From positions 4,620,741-4,684,740 of the forward strand of contig OZ037768.1 of the NCBI GenBank assembly GCA_964035545.1: DNA of 64,000 nucleotides, given 5' to 3'. This document shows positions 1-27,900 of the stretch, piece after piece (positions within the stretch are counted from its first letter, which is position 1; each line of letters starts with the position of its first letter). The notes under the pieces are model-generated. The model was not told the DNA's origin, made no database searches, and saw only the letters and a list, made by a program, of their open reading frames with translations. This DNA comes from Bugula neritina (Eukaryota; Animalia; Bryozoa). The position numbers and the translations under genes were made by a program.

Positions 1-1898
1 AACAACACTGGTGTGACCAGCATTCTTACAGGCTGGGACCAGCAGTAGCCTTGTAAACCTAATTAGTAGAAGATATTGGAAGTTATGTAGAATGCTGACA
101 GTTCCAGTAACTGCTTCCACTTGCAATTTTCAGATTTTCAAAATGGACAATTCAACTTCAAACCAAGGGACATAAATCCAATAAAAGAAAACAAGCAATA
201 GCAAAGCAGTCAATGTTCTATATATAGCCAAATGGTTAGTAAGTGACTTCACTGCTCAGTCTGCCTTCCCAGGCTTGAGCTACTAGTGCCAGTGGTGTGA
301 TGAAAAGACCTTACCCAGACACTGCTAGACACTGCTAGGAGAGTAAATAGAATGCATTCTTTAAAGTAGCTCAAAATTATAATGTAATTAGGATTTCTAG
401 CAATAAATCCACCTAACTATGAAAATCAACACTAGCCAATAACAAAACAGGAGAATGAGATATATTTTAATTAATTTAACATTTTAGCTTATGATGTTAT
501 AATATCCACTACTAGTACATATACATACTGAATTAGTACAACTACTACAACATTTTATAATAAAAATATATATTTTCTACTTCATTACATATTGTACTAT
601 GATAGTCGCATTTTACTGCTTCAGAACTGACATCACATACATGTATTGAATGTTTTCTGTATTTAAACATATTATAAAATATTGGTTATTAATGAGCATT
701 TTTTGCTTATTTGTAAACAAATGAAGCGAATTATAAGCTGTTGTCATTTTGAGAATACTAAGCACATAATATAATAACCAATAGCCCATGACATAGAATA
801 TGATTTCATACCAGAGTTTACTCCAAATGAACGACCACCACCCGAATATCTGCCAATCCTGCGCAGTAACAAAGGTTCCACAGAGTGACTGGCTGGTAAG
901 GAGCTAGAACTTCGCGTCGGGGAAGTACATCTGGCGAGACCTTCCAGGGCAAAGATAGGAGGGTAGCTGGACGTGGAACTGGCGTGTGTGCATGCTGTGT
1001 GGTGGGACCTACCTGCTACAGCCTCTCCTGCAAACAGATACTTAGGCTAAACACAACTAAATATATAGTCTGCAGCATTGTGTGACATAGATGTTAACTA
1101 AACTGTCCTTTTTTCAGATATTCCAAGATGGTAGCGGAGTATCACAACTCTATTTAATAGCATAGAGGTGGGCAGAAGCTCAGACTAATATGATTAGACT
1201 CATAAGGGAAAATGTCAGTTACACAGACTAGTAGTTTTTTAATATTAATGGATGTAGAGTATCCCCTGCTATACTACAGTCTTCTTCTATCAGATAGTGG
1301 TGTAATTTCACTTGACTGACACACTTAACTAACAGCGCAAATCCTGCCACCCCCACCTCCCACATCACAACTTCGTATGCTATCATCTAAGACATGGTAT
1401 CACATCAAAGAGGGGTAGAATTTAGGACATTCCTCAAGTAGAAGCTATGAAACTGCAAAGGTATTCTATCATCTAGACTTTTAACATGGGTTGACTCACC
1501 AGCTTGTGCAGTGACTAACTAGAGACTGGCAAACCCATAAGAGCAAATATAAAGACTTGAGAGCTAGAGTGATGCTATGTTTAGCATGAGTGTATGAAAT
1601 ACATATAAATTGCTCAAAACACTTACCTAAAAGACTACACAAAGAAACATTATATTAATTCAATTACACTTTTTACAGTATATTTTATATCATACTGACC
1701 AGTTGGAAGAGGAGAAGCAGCGAAGTGACAAGAGGGTAAGGAGAGGTGGGCAGCTGTCCCCTGTGTAGCTCGGAGAAACACCCTCATGCCGGGTGTAAAG
1801 TGACAGACTCCAACTCTTGAACACAAAGTAATGACTAGCATTAACAAAAGGACATTAGAGTCTATTGAGTCAACAGCACAACACACTGGTTGTTGATG
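1..1898 (-). CDS. 5' coding exons of an unidentified gene running off the left edge (Ser/Arg/Leu-rich N-terminus)
   Basis: Three minus-strand exons with canonical sites and matching phases: 1898-1700, 1027-812 (216 nt, phase 1-1) and 58-<1. They join into an open frame ...MRVFLRATQGTAAHLSLPSCHFAASPLPTG|EAVAGRSHH...GVNSG|LQGYCWSQPVRMLVTPVL. Candidate ATGs at 1841 or 1787. No recognisable domain. Confidence 0.55.
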
Positions 1899-4800
1899 CT
1901 GAAAATTAATATCAAAAACTGAATCAAAAACTGGTGACTCTCATTAAAATGCCCACTTTTTAGACACATTTTGTATAAGGGGGCTTGTAAGTCATTATAC
2001 AATATCGAGGGCTCCAACATAAAATAATGAGTAAAGGATTAATAGTTTAGGGCAAGACATTGCAAATAATGCAATGAAAACCCTTTTACTTAATTTAATA
2101 ATTCCAATTTATTTTTACATTCTATAATTTTTCTGTAACTCTATAAAGAAGTGACAAAAATTTACTATTGGACAACACTGTTTTTAGAAAAAGAAGATAA
2201 ATAGAAATTCAATTGATTTTTATTAAACAAAATGAAATAAAGCAAAATAAATGGTTTATTTTTTCTATATTTGTATACTGAAATTCACAATTTAAATAAG
2301 CAGAACTAAAGTTAACAAACTAAGATAATGTTTATTATACAACTAAGTAATGCTATTCAAGGCATTCTGTATTTTTGGAGGCATGTGCAGATGTGAAATT
2401 TTTAAAAAGTGCCTGGTATTCATATTGAAAACTTATTTGTGATTTTCAAAATTAGCACGTTTAACCTGCATTTCAAACCAGGTGACACAAATTTAATGTG
2501 AAAAACAAAGCAACACCACAGTTACTCACATAACACATTTTATAACTGCAAGACTAGTTTCAGAAGTAAAATGTACCAAAGTTGGTTTTGATACTTATTG
2601 CTACTGATCATTCATTAATATGCATAGCCATATGATAATGATCATCTTACTTAGTTAATATAAATTAAAACATTACTATGACTAATAGTAATACTATGAC
2701 TATGAAGCATGTATTAAAATACTAATCAGATTGTCAATGATACAGCTATCATTTGTTATTTTTATTATATATTAATTATTGATAATAATATTAATATATT
2801 TAATTTTATACTTAACTTCAAATTCAAGTTTATAGGACAATACGAGTACAAGTATTGCATAGTCTAAGTCTAGTAGTAGTACTAATAGTAGCAGTCACTA
2901 CTAGTACTAGTAGTAAAGTAACAGTATTGTTATTACTATTACTATTAGTATTATTTTTTTACTATTACTATTAGTATTACTATTACTAATATAAAATATT
3001 GAAAATAAATTTATGATCACCATTATTTAAATCATTATCATTATGATATTATTTATCATTATGGCTATTAGTATTAGTATTATAATTAAATTATTGTATT
3101 AAATTTAATACTAATGTTGAACTTCATATCAAATTTATATCATGGTGATGATCATCATGATAGTCATAATCATAATGATAATGACTAATGAGACGGAGTT
3201 GATAATCGATTATATTTATAATAATATTTATAATTACATTTAATGATTTATATTATCATTATGAATATGATCATCATCATGAAGTGATCATCATGATGAA
3301 TGATGAAACTTTCTAGTTCCAACATTAACTATTAGTATTAAGATTAGCGTAGAACTAGTTTATGCTTCTAAATTAGGCATCAAGTAAAATAAATCGAATT
3401 GTTTAAAGTGAATTGTGTTGGGAGTAGGTCTAGCGACTAGTTCAGTCTATCAATTGAGTTTTGACAGTTGTGTAGGGCTTTCGGAGGTTACAGATGAGAT
3501 TGGATGCTAAGCCTCTTCGATATTATATTGTGGTTTAACAGATACTGAATTGAGAAGAGGCTGTTGAAGCTCTTGCTATCAGGAGATAATAATCATTTGT
3601 AACAAAATAACCAGTAAACACGTACGTAACAAAAACCAACCAATGATTGTTGACCTTCTAAAAGCCATAGAGTTTTGTATACAAACTTTATCCCACACTT
3701 GTTCATTGAACAGCTATTGCTTATTAACTTATTATTACAGCTACTTAGAACTATTAATATTATTCTCGGTACTATTTGTAATTAAGTGCAAGGTATCCAA
3801 CTATTTAAATTTCAAATTCTGACCAGAAGAGTTTGCTGCATAATTTTTGTTGGCTTTTACTATTAAGCAATCGCAATAGTTCAAGCTGTACAGTAGGCGT
3901 AACCGTAGTACTAGTACTAGTTCAAGTTGAAAATGTCAAACTCAAGTCAATGACAGTTTGAGTCTTAGTTTAAAAAAAATTGAAAATCAAAACGAAATAC
4001 TTGAAGTTAGATGTTTACACTTGCAGTAGATGTGTAACTGTTACACTTACTGTTAGTGTTAGACTTGGTAAGTGTAGGTAACTTGGACTTGGTCATGGTG
4101 GTACTCTGTCAGGTACTAATACTAATACAGTAAATGAGTAATAGTTTTCAGTTTTACTAATAGTAATACTACTTAACGCAGTAATTACTTTTTAAAAACT
4201 GGTTAATAATATTAATAAATTATCATTTTGTTTATTGGAAACAACATTGAATATTCATTTATTGTGGTTCTCTACATCATATTTTTGATAAATGATGGGT
4301 TATTTCAAATTCATAGTGCTACAATAAATTTAAATAATGATGACCATGGTCAGCTTAACAACAAATTTTAGTATTGTTAGTAATACAAGAATATAGACAT
4401 GTGTTCAAAACTTACAAAATTGACTGTGACAAACTATTTGTATCTTATTATAAGTTTTATTAGGATTAAAACAGCAAAAAGTGTAATTATGCTCTAAAAA
4501 TTGTTGTTTGCTAGTGGAATATATCACAGCACCGCATAGTTTGTTTAAAGGTAGTCTGTGTATAAATAAAAAACCGCTGTTGAAAATAAAAGTTAGTTTC
4601 AGTAATTTTAATTATTATAACTATTACTAAAAAGTTTTATGAATCTGTGTTAGAACTGTTGTGATTAGATTGAAAGGTGTTGGTGTGATAGTTAGGGACA
4701 ATTTATTTTAAAACATAATAGGCTATGACAGTGGTAATTTATAGATATAGCTTTGGTGTGCAAGGATAGCTAGTCATGTAAATGTAAGTGCTGTTCTGTA

Positions 4801-5039
4801 ATGTGTAAGAATGTAGTTAAGATCTGTGTAATCAAAGTATGAACACCAAAATTGTGTGTTTGCACTTGGAAATTAATTTTACTGATTTGAAATTTACAGA
4901 CCTGTGGCAAAAGTTGTAATTGTTATTTTTGATATATACAAGAAAATTGTGTTGCCAAATCTTGTACCTCCTATTTTGTAGTTTTGTGAATGAAGCAAAT
5001 GTGACCTGTTTTTGCTGAGTTGGCAGAAGTTGAAGCTAA

Positions 5040-19424
<14,385 letters not shown>

Positions 19425-20235
19425 AATGGGATTACTTTACCTTGAAATGAATATTTAATTATTTCTATTTATTTTTCCAACATTAGCCTGGCGTGAGTTT
19501 TTATTGTGAATATTGGTTTTTTTATGTGACATGATTAGTTGCTGTGTTAAGAATTGCTTGGGCTATTGCTGTTACTATTACTATATTATTTTGTGTAATT
19601 TTTGTATATTTATGAGACTTGATTTCATGTGTAATTTGCTCTCCTGTCTACATGTTTTTATGAATAATAATAATTTTCAATCAATTTGTAAGTTGTACTG
19701 TTTTATTACAAGCCTGACAAATCCTCAACATTCAAAGTAGCAGCTGTAGAACTGTGGTACCAATATAGTGCTGATTGATTTTATTTTTAACAGAAGATAA
19801 GAGCTAGACTTGTATTAAAGTGTCAAGTAATGTAGTGAGAGTGTTGCATAATGCAGGTCAACCTCAAAGATAAAAACGGTATTGATCAAATCACTGCAAT
19901 TACTGAATCTTTTCTCATTAACCACTCTTTACATCAAGATAATTCTTCAAAATTACAACAATCCAATTTTTTGTAGCCTTCATAGAGTAAGTTGTGTTTT
20001 GCCAATTGTTGACCATAAAGCTTTTAATTTGTCTAGAAAGCAATCTAAAACAGCAAATGAAATTGCAAGGATGTGCATTGTTGGTTGAGCATACATAGTA
20101 CATTCATTCATTGTCAAGAGTTATGTAATTATTTTGTGTATAATTACACACTAAGCAACTGAGAGTTCTTATTGCTACAGTTTGCCATAAAAATAGATTG
20201 CTATTGTTCCAATAAATACAGGATACTCGGGCAGA

Positions 20236-23200
20236 ATGGATCATAAACTTATTCTGTTGTTGGCATACATGCATACATTCTCAGTGTTATTTGCTGTGGA
20301 GGACAGTGAATGGCATTCTGTTACAGTGAAGGTAGTAGCACAGCCTTTCTTTTCTTCTCATTTAAATTTAGCTACCAGGGATGATTTGGATAAGTTAACA
20401 GAACTCATAAGCCAGAGGAATAAGTATGTCATTCCAGACCTGATCATATCTGGACCATCAGTAAAAGTCATGACTTTACAACTTAGGAGAGGCCATAACG
20501 CTGTTCTAGATAATAGCACCATACAACATTTCCGTGCTGTAAACCCTCAAGAAGCGTTTAAGGATTTTAATATGGACTCCTGCTATTTTATTGGTGAAAT
20601 AACAGAGTATGACCAGTCATTTGTGTCCTTAGATTTATGCAACGGTGTCAGGGGACAGCTTGAATTTTCTAATTTTCGAGCTACTCTCGACGTCATAGAA
20701 ACCCAAAATTCATCAATACAAATATTTCTAAAATATGAAAAACTATTTGAAACTCTTGATAAAAACTTGACTTGTTCTACCAACGCACCAAAAACTGGTA
20801 AAATAAGCAGAGTAAAGAGACAAACAATAGTAAGTGAACAACTATGGAATTCTAAATACATTGTACTCTTCGTAGTTTGTGATCACAGCATGTATCTCCA
20901 ATATGAATCTTCACCTAAAAAGTGTCTCAAAAGAGTTATGGAAATCATCACATATAGTAATTATTACTTCAGTCAGTTTAACTTATTCATATCACTAACT
21001 AGCATGGAAATATGGAGCACCAGAGACAGAATACCTTACAACACAGTTAATAATGTTGTAGGAAGTCGAATTATCAACAGTTCGTCGCTTGCCAGTGAGT
21101 TCAACTCTTACCGATACAAAAACAAATGGATGCATCGGGGTGATGCGGCACTGCTTATAACAGGAAGAGAACTGGACCACTCAGTGAAAGCTGAAGTAGA
21201 TGGTATCTGCTCTTTAGCTGGTGGAGGTATTGTAATCAGTGACAATCTCGCATGGACCAGACACTCTGCTACTCTTCTAGCTCATGGAATCGCACACCTC
21301 CTTGGTGTAGGCCATGTATCCGATGATGCTGACTGTCGCTGCCCAGCTTCAACATCTTGTATAATGCAGGAACAGATTGGTAAGTTTTACTACAAATATA
21401 TTTTTGATGTTAGACATGCATTTGAGAGCAGAATGTCTCGAAAATCAAGTAATTACAAGGTACAATTTTAGGTGAAAATGGCACAGTAATAGCGGCACAG
21501 GTAAAACTGGCACAAATTGAAGAGTAGGTAAAATTGATGTTAAATTTACCCAAAACCAAGCCCCACAAAAAGCTCAAACCCCAATATTGAAGATGTGCCA
21601 TTTTACCTATAACTTTCCCAGTTGTGCCATTTTTATCTGTACCATTTTTAGCTGTGCCACTTTTACCTGTGCCATTTTGTCAAAAAGTCACAATATCAAT
21701 AGTATTGAGATGTTTTAGAAAGTGTACTTGCTCAGTCTTATATTTAGTAACCACAAGTATTATACTGTGGTTCTTAGGTTCTCAAAGTGAGCAAAAGAGT
21801 TGGTCAGATTGCACAAAAAGACAACTGAGAGAAAATTTGCATCTTGATGGGTTTGCCCCCTGCCTGAAAAATGAACCACCAGAAATAAATTACGCAGTGG
21901 AGTATGACAGCAGATGTGGAGACTTTGTACTGAACCCTGGTGAACACTCTTTACTATAAATTATGGAAAACAATAACCTGCATGATACATCAGGTCTACA
22001 CACGACAAATACAATGTGAATCTTTCAAGAATAAACTCTGCTAGCTATAATTGGATATATCTAAGATATTATTTTCCTTTCTTTTTGTTTAGAAATTATA
22101 TTACAATTGAGAAATAAACTGTTTGTAGGGGAGGAGTGTGATTGTGGGCCAGCAGGTTTATGCGACAACACTTGTTGTGATCCACAGACGTGCAAACTTA
22201 AAAGTAATGCAGCTTGTGCGACAGGTAACTGCATTTCAATTTATACATGCTGAATGGTTTTTATGACGTACAGTTATCATTGTCATAAAATAGGACACAG
22301 GGTCTTGTTTTGGGAACATGCAAATCACACCCTGCTCTGTGTGGATATTGGTTTATCAATTTTTAGTATAAGTCAGTTAGAAGAAAAAATTAGTGACTAT
22401 AAACAAACAAGAAACGTTGTACCTGTACCTCAAAACACATGCAGCCATGTAGCAAAAATCAGAAAATTATTTTACTACAAAAACAGTTGGTAATTTTATT
22501 TTAGGACCATGTTGTGACAAAGGGACATGTAGTATTAAATCATCAAGCGCTATTTGTCGGCCTACAAATGGAGAAACTTGTGACTTACAGGAAACGTGTG
22601 ATGGAGAATCGGAGTGGTGCGGGGAAGACAAACATAGACCAGACGGGACTCCCTGTTTCAACAAAGAAGACTCTCACTGCTATGGAGGTCAATGCAAGTC
22701 ACGGACCTCTCAGTGCCAGCTTATTTATGGTGAAGACTTTGTAAATGCTGAACCAAGTTGCTACGAGGCACATAATTGGAGAGGTGATCGCACATACAAC
22801 ATTGCAATTTTATTTCAAAAACTAGGTAGGTGCAGTAATTGAAAAATTTAGAGAAGATTAAAAGTTTAGCAAGAGAAGTTATGCCCCCACAAGACTTTCA
22901 ACCCGTGCCCAATTGACTAAAATTTCACAATGAAATTAAAGAACTTAGGTTATATCAAGTTCTCCAATACTGCTCCTAAGTGCAATTTTATTCAAACAGA
23001 CTGACTGTAAACTATTGAATGTGCACCAAAACAGCATATATAGTAATTAATATTAGCTAGTAAACTTGTAGGAGATACAAGTGGAAACTGTGGATGGACA
23101 TCAGTTGGCGAATACTCTGCCTGTTACCGAAAAAAAGATGCTTTGTGCGGATTGTTGCATTGCAGCAAAAGAGATGGTGTCAGTACAGATGCTGTTCCTG

Positions 23201-24138
23201 TAATCAGAGGATTTATTTTATCAAACACGACCTCTAACAGCGCCTACGATAACTATTGCAGCCAAGTCATATTTGACGTTGGTAATTCTCTATTTAGAAG
23301 TATCTTTAAAATAGTCTTTAAACAGTTTTGACTTTGAATTTTAATTTGAGCGACAAACAACACATAAGAGTAAATTGCTACTATAACTCATGAATCTCAG
23401 TATTATCACCATTGTGAGCGGATCACACAGTGGTTTAGAGCATGTTCTTCTTGTTATAAGGAATTAATTCACCCCCAAATACGCCTGTCAGATGTAGCTC
23501 TGTAAAAGTTTCATTATCGGTTAGGCATTTAAGTTTGTATCTTTTTCACCAAGTTGAAAGATGAATACTCAGATGGTTTATTGCAATTTCAGGTAGTGAC
23601 AGCGATGACAATGGCTATGTGCCAAATGGTGCTGCCTGTGGTGAAGCTAGAATGTGTGTAAATTACAGATGTATCAATGTTGACCCACTCCCTGCCATAC
23701 CTACAAACCCTGAAACTTGTGAGCACACAAACGTGATTGATATAACGAATCTAATAGTTTTTCCAGTTGCAGCAGTTCACATCATGATATTTTTGGTAAG
23801 CAGATGAAGTATAATAGTTACCATCTCAAAACAAGAGAAATAAGAGCATGTTACATAATAGTAGCATAATAGCATCATGGATAATGGAGGTATACTGTAG
23901 TTTGCAATATATGAAGTTTAATAATTCACAACTAAATTAATTTAGTTTATTTTTTAAGAATAAACAAAATTTCATGATAGTTAATGTAACTGTTATAGCT
24001 ACAATGTGTTTTATATACAGCATTGCCTGGACCTATGATAATATTATGGTAATATTGTGTTGTTAGGTGATGTTACTAAAGCTCTGCTACAAGACAGAAA
24101 ACCTGCCAGCTAACATCTCCACAATACAAACTAACTAA
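20236..24138 (+). CDS. ADAM-family (reprolysin, M12B) membrane protein, predicted catalytically inactive
   Basis: Signal peptide, prodomain ([11 protein letters not shown]), furin site RVKR, zinc motif [11 protein letters not shown], Met-turn CIM, disintegrin ([15 protein letters not shown]...[11 protein letters not shown]), Cys-rich domain, [17 protein letters not shown]|VMLL and a short tail. Exons 20236-21379, 21778-21939, 22129-22224, 22505-22783, 23072-23281, 23593-23795, 24067-24138; the last exon was chosen because it completes the TM helix in phase. Confidence 0.9.
21460..21690. mobile_element. Foldback/MITE-like element with inverted arrays of a ~15-bp subrepeat
   Basis: The left arm repeats (ag)gtaaaa(a)tggcac; the right arm repeats its reverse complement gtgccatttt(t)acct around a central spacer. 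Confidence 0.7.
22827..22978. mobile_element. Short MITE family B, copy 1
   Basis: Termini taggtgcagtaattgaaaaatt ... aagttctccaatactgctccta are imperfect inverted repeats; the internal aaattaaagaacttagg is shared with the copies at 30414 and 56998. Confidence 0.7.
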
Positions 24139-24957
24139 ACAAGCATTGTATGAATTTAATATGCAAATATAATAAATTAAATATCTTCAATAAAATTTTG
24201 TTGCAAATATTTATAATTTGACAGTCATACGAGGAACGGAACTTTTTAACTGACCTAGCAAAAGGTAAAACTGGTTACTGTATACACAGTTCCCCATATC
24301 AAGCCCTAGTGTAATTGACAGAGGCAATAACTCTCAAATAATATATTATGCTACAAACTTGTTATAACAGGAGCTGCTGGAAAGCTCAGCCAATCAAAAT
24401 ACACGCGTCATCAGATAAATACTACAAATCAATTTACATTCTTCAGAAATTATGACTCAGATCCCTGTATGACTTACATACAAGTTGAAGCAAGTTTGCA
24501 ATGCTTCGGTGTTGCCGTATTTGCCCAACCTGGAGTTCACACAATATACATACACGCACGCACACACATACGCGTGAGCTACTGCATCTATAGAAGCAAG
24601 CATAATGTGAAGACAAGAAACTGATATTTTCCTCATAAGAATTTCAATATTATTATTGCATTCTACTATAGAAAATTGTTTGACATTCCATCAGAAAGAA
24701 GACAAAATTACGACAGCCTTTGACAATATAAAATGCTGGGACAAAAAAATTTCCAACACATAAAATCATCGGTTCAAAAAAATAATAAAATATATTAAAA
24801 TTTACTGTCTGGACGATCATAATACATTCGAGTAGCTATTTAACTAAATACTATTGCTGAGAAAGGCAGCGCAAACATTTAAAAATACTGAAGATAATCT
24901 ATACATTAGTGAAAGCGATGCCGGATGTGTGGTACCACAAAGCATGGCTATGATTGG

Positions 24958-27900
24958 CTAGCACTCATCATGAAAGCACCACACCTCCAGCTGCTTGATA
25001 TGAAAGTCTTCAGGTCCACCAGTTAATGGATCATTTGCATACGTCTGACAGTTCTGTGTTCTACCAATATAGATATCTCCATCTATCCATAACCCATGTG
25101 ATCCCCTGCAAGATAAGGGGTGCACCTTATAATATGAATAATGTCCCAGTAGCTCATTTTATGATATAGATAATTTACAGTGTATGAAGGTTTGTAGTAA
25201 ATTTCATTCAGTCAGTAAGAGCACTGGTTTGGAAGCATGTAAATGGAATAAACATAAAACAGATGATACTTTTATGAAATAAGTTATTAGGAGTTGCTTC
25301 ACTTTTTCCAAAACTTTTAGCTGTAAGCTTTCTTATTGGATAATGTCGTAGCTTTAAAATAACTAAATGGAAGATGGAAAAACTATTTTTAATAATGATA
25401 CAATATAAATAATAAATGAACGGCTTAAAAAACCACACAAGTATCAAGGGGAAGCACAATTAACTGGACATAGCCTTTTATTAACTAATGATTACGTAAT
25501 GCAATTACAAATTATAAAATTTCTCCAGCTACTTGTTTAATTAAATTAAAAGATTTCATTTGTAGCTACATGTCTTTAAAATATGGGCAAATCCAAATAA
25601 CTTTTTAGGAATGAAAATTAATGGAAGTTATGTATCATCCACTTTACTGCTTCCCATATAAAGTCAGAGAAGTCCAAACACAATCAATTTTTTATCTTTA
25701 GTTCTAATATTACTTAGGCACTGATATGATTTGTGTAGCAGTTGGAAAATTCAGTATAAATTTTAAAGGTTATCTAAAACAAAAGATTTGAAACTCAGAT
25801 TATGGCTAAGCATGAAATCAATTAAAAGAGATATTATGTATATATAATATATATATATATATATACAAAATATAAAAAACAGTTGATGTTTGAAGTAACA
25901 AAACACTCACTCTCCACAGCCAATAGAAAGACTTGTCTGGTCTCCCTTGTTAAAGAAGCTATTGGATCCACTCCACGGATATGTCTTAAAATCATTAACA
26001 AATGTGAAGAGGAAAGATTCACCAGTTCCGTAAAAAGATTCAGATGTATGGAAGGCACATGATGAAAGAGCTCCAAACACCTATAATATAACAACGTTAT
26101 ATATATCCATAAGTTATGAGTATCATCGCTATCAGTTAGAATAGCCATAAAGAATACACAATAGAAAGACCCCAATTAAACTTCAACTAGAATATGATTA
26201 CATGCAGCCCAATCTTTATATAATATTTACAGAATTACTGGAATGTAATAGTGAGTAGTATTACTATTGCACTATGAGTACTACTATTATACTGTGAGTA
26301 GTACTATGTACTGTGAGTAGTACTATGTACTGTGAGTAGTACTACTATTATACTGCGAGTACTACTATGTACTGTGAGTAGTACTATGTACTGTGAGTAG
26401 TACTATGTACTGTGAGTACTACTATTCTACTGTGAGTAGTACTATATACTGTGAGTACTACTATGTACTGTGAGTAGTACTATGTACTGTGAGTACTACT
26501 ATGTACTGTGAGTAGTACTTTGTACTGCGAGTAGTACTATGTACTGTGAGTAGTACTATGTACTGTGAGTAGTACTACTATTATACTGCGAGTAGTACTA
26601 TGTACTGTGAGTAGTACTATGTACTGTGAGTACTACTATGTACTGTGAGTAGTACTATGTACTGTGAGTAGTACTATGTGCTGTGAGTAGTACTATGTAC
26701 TGTGAGTAGTACTATGTACTGTGAGTAGTACTACGTGCTGTGAGTAGTACTATGTACTGTGAGTAGTACTATGTACTGTGAGTACTACTATGTACTGTGA
26801 GTAGTACTACTATTCTACTGCGAGTAGTACTATGTACTGCGAGTAGTACTATGTACTGTGAGTAGTACTATGTACTGTGAGTACTACTATGTACTGTGAG
26901 TAGTACTATGTACTGTGAGTAGTACTATGTACTGTGAGTACTACTATGTACTATGAGTAGTACTATGTACTGTGAGTAGTACTCTCTTACCTGATTCTCT
27001 GTAGTGTGAATCACGAGTAGAACTGGCGAATCAACATCTTGAAGATTTCTGTACAGCTGACTGAGACTGAATCCATGCTGCTCTGAACAGAAGGCCATAG
27101 CCCAGGGATAGCCTTCAACTCTGGCAGGTAAACACCGGGCCAACTACAAGATTAGAGCAACACATATAATAGTATAATATACCATATCATATGTTATATA
27201 TTATGGTATACGAGATAGAACACACTACACTTTATACAGCATAAGTACGAGTAGTAATAAACTACAGCAACGGCAGATGTTACAGTATACAGAACATACA
27301 CTACAGTATCCAAAACATACACTACAGTATACAGAACATACACTACAGTATACAGAACATATACTACCGTATGCAGAACATACAAACTCACTTTCCTAAT
27401 GTGAGTCTCAGTGAAGATACGCGACTCATCAAGTAGCTCAGGAAGAGGCATATATCTCTCAATGTCTTCTAACGTGCGTCTTCTCCTAACTTCTTCCAGA
27501 CTGACAATCTATACACAGATACACAATGTAGACTTGAAACATGATACTAGATAACAGTTTAAATTATCAATTTGATATGGATGTTTGTAAAAACATTAAT
27601 TATTAGTTTATATTATCTCACTCTACTTATGGCAACAAATCATACCTCCCAATCTAAAGAAACCTGTCGTCCCATTTTATGGCGAATAACTTTAGAGCCA
27701 GGAGAAGGCTTTGGACTGCTTGGGACATCTTTACTAAAGTAATTTTCAGTTATGGCAATGAATCCTTTCTCTACAGTAGATGCGTCTTCATTGTCATATA
27801 CTTCAGATTTCCAGTGGATGAAGAATGCATATAGTTTGTCAACTCTGCAAGTGAATCTCGATTCATTGATGTGAGTCATACATTTATGACATATGTGTCC

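Noticed and set aside
24021-24055. Alternative last ADAM exon at atacag|CATTGC
   Set aside because: Gives HCLDL* and leaves the TM helix incomplete; the acceptor at 24066 completes it.
26250-26983. CRISPR-like regular repeat array (also 33042-33345 and 36028-36256)
   Set aside because: Head-to-tail units with no unique spacers, no cas genes and a eukaryotic intron context: minisatellites.
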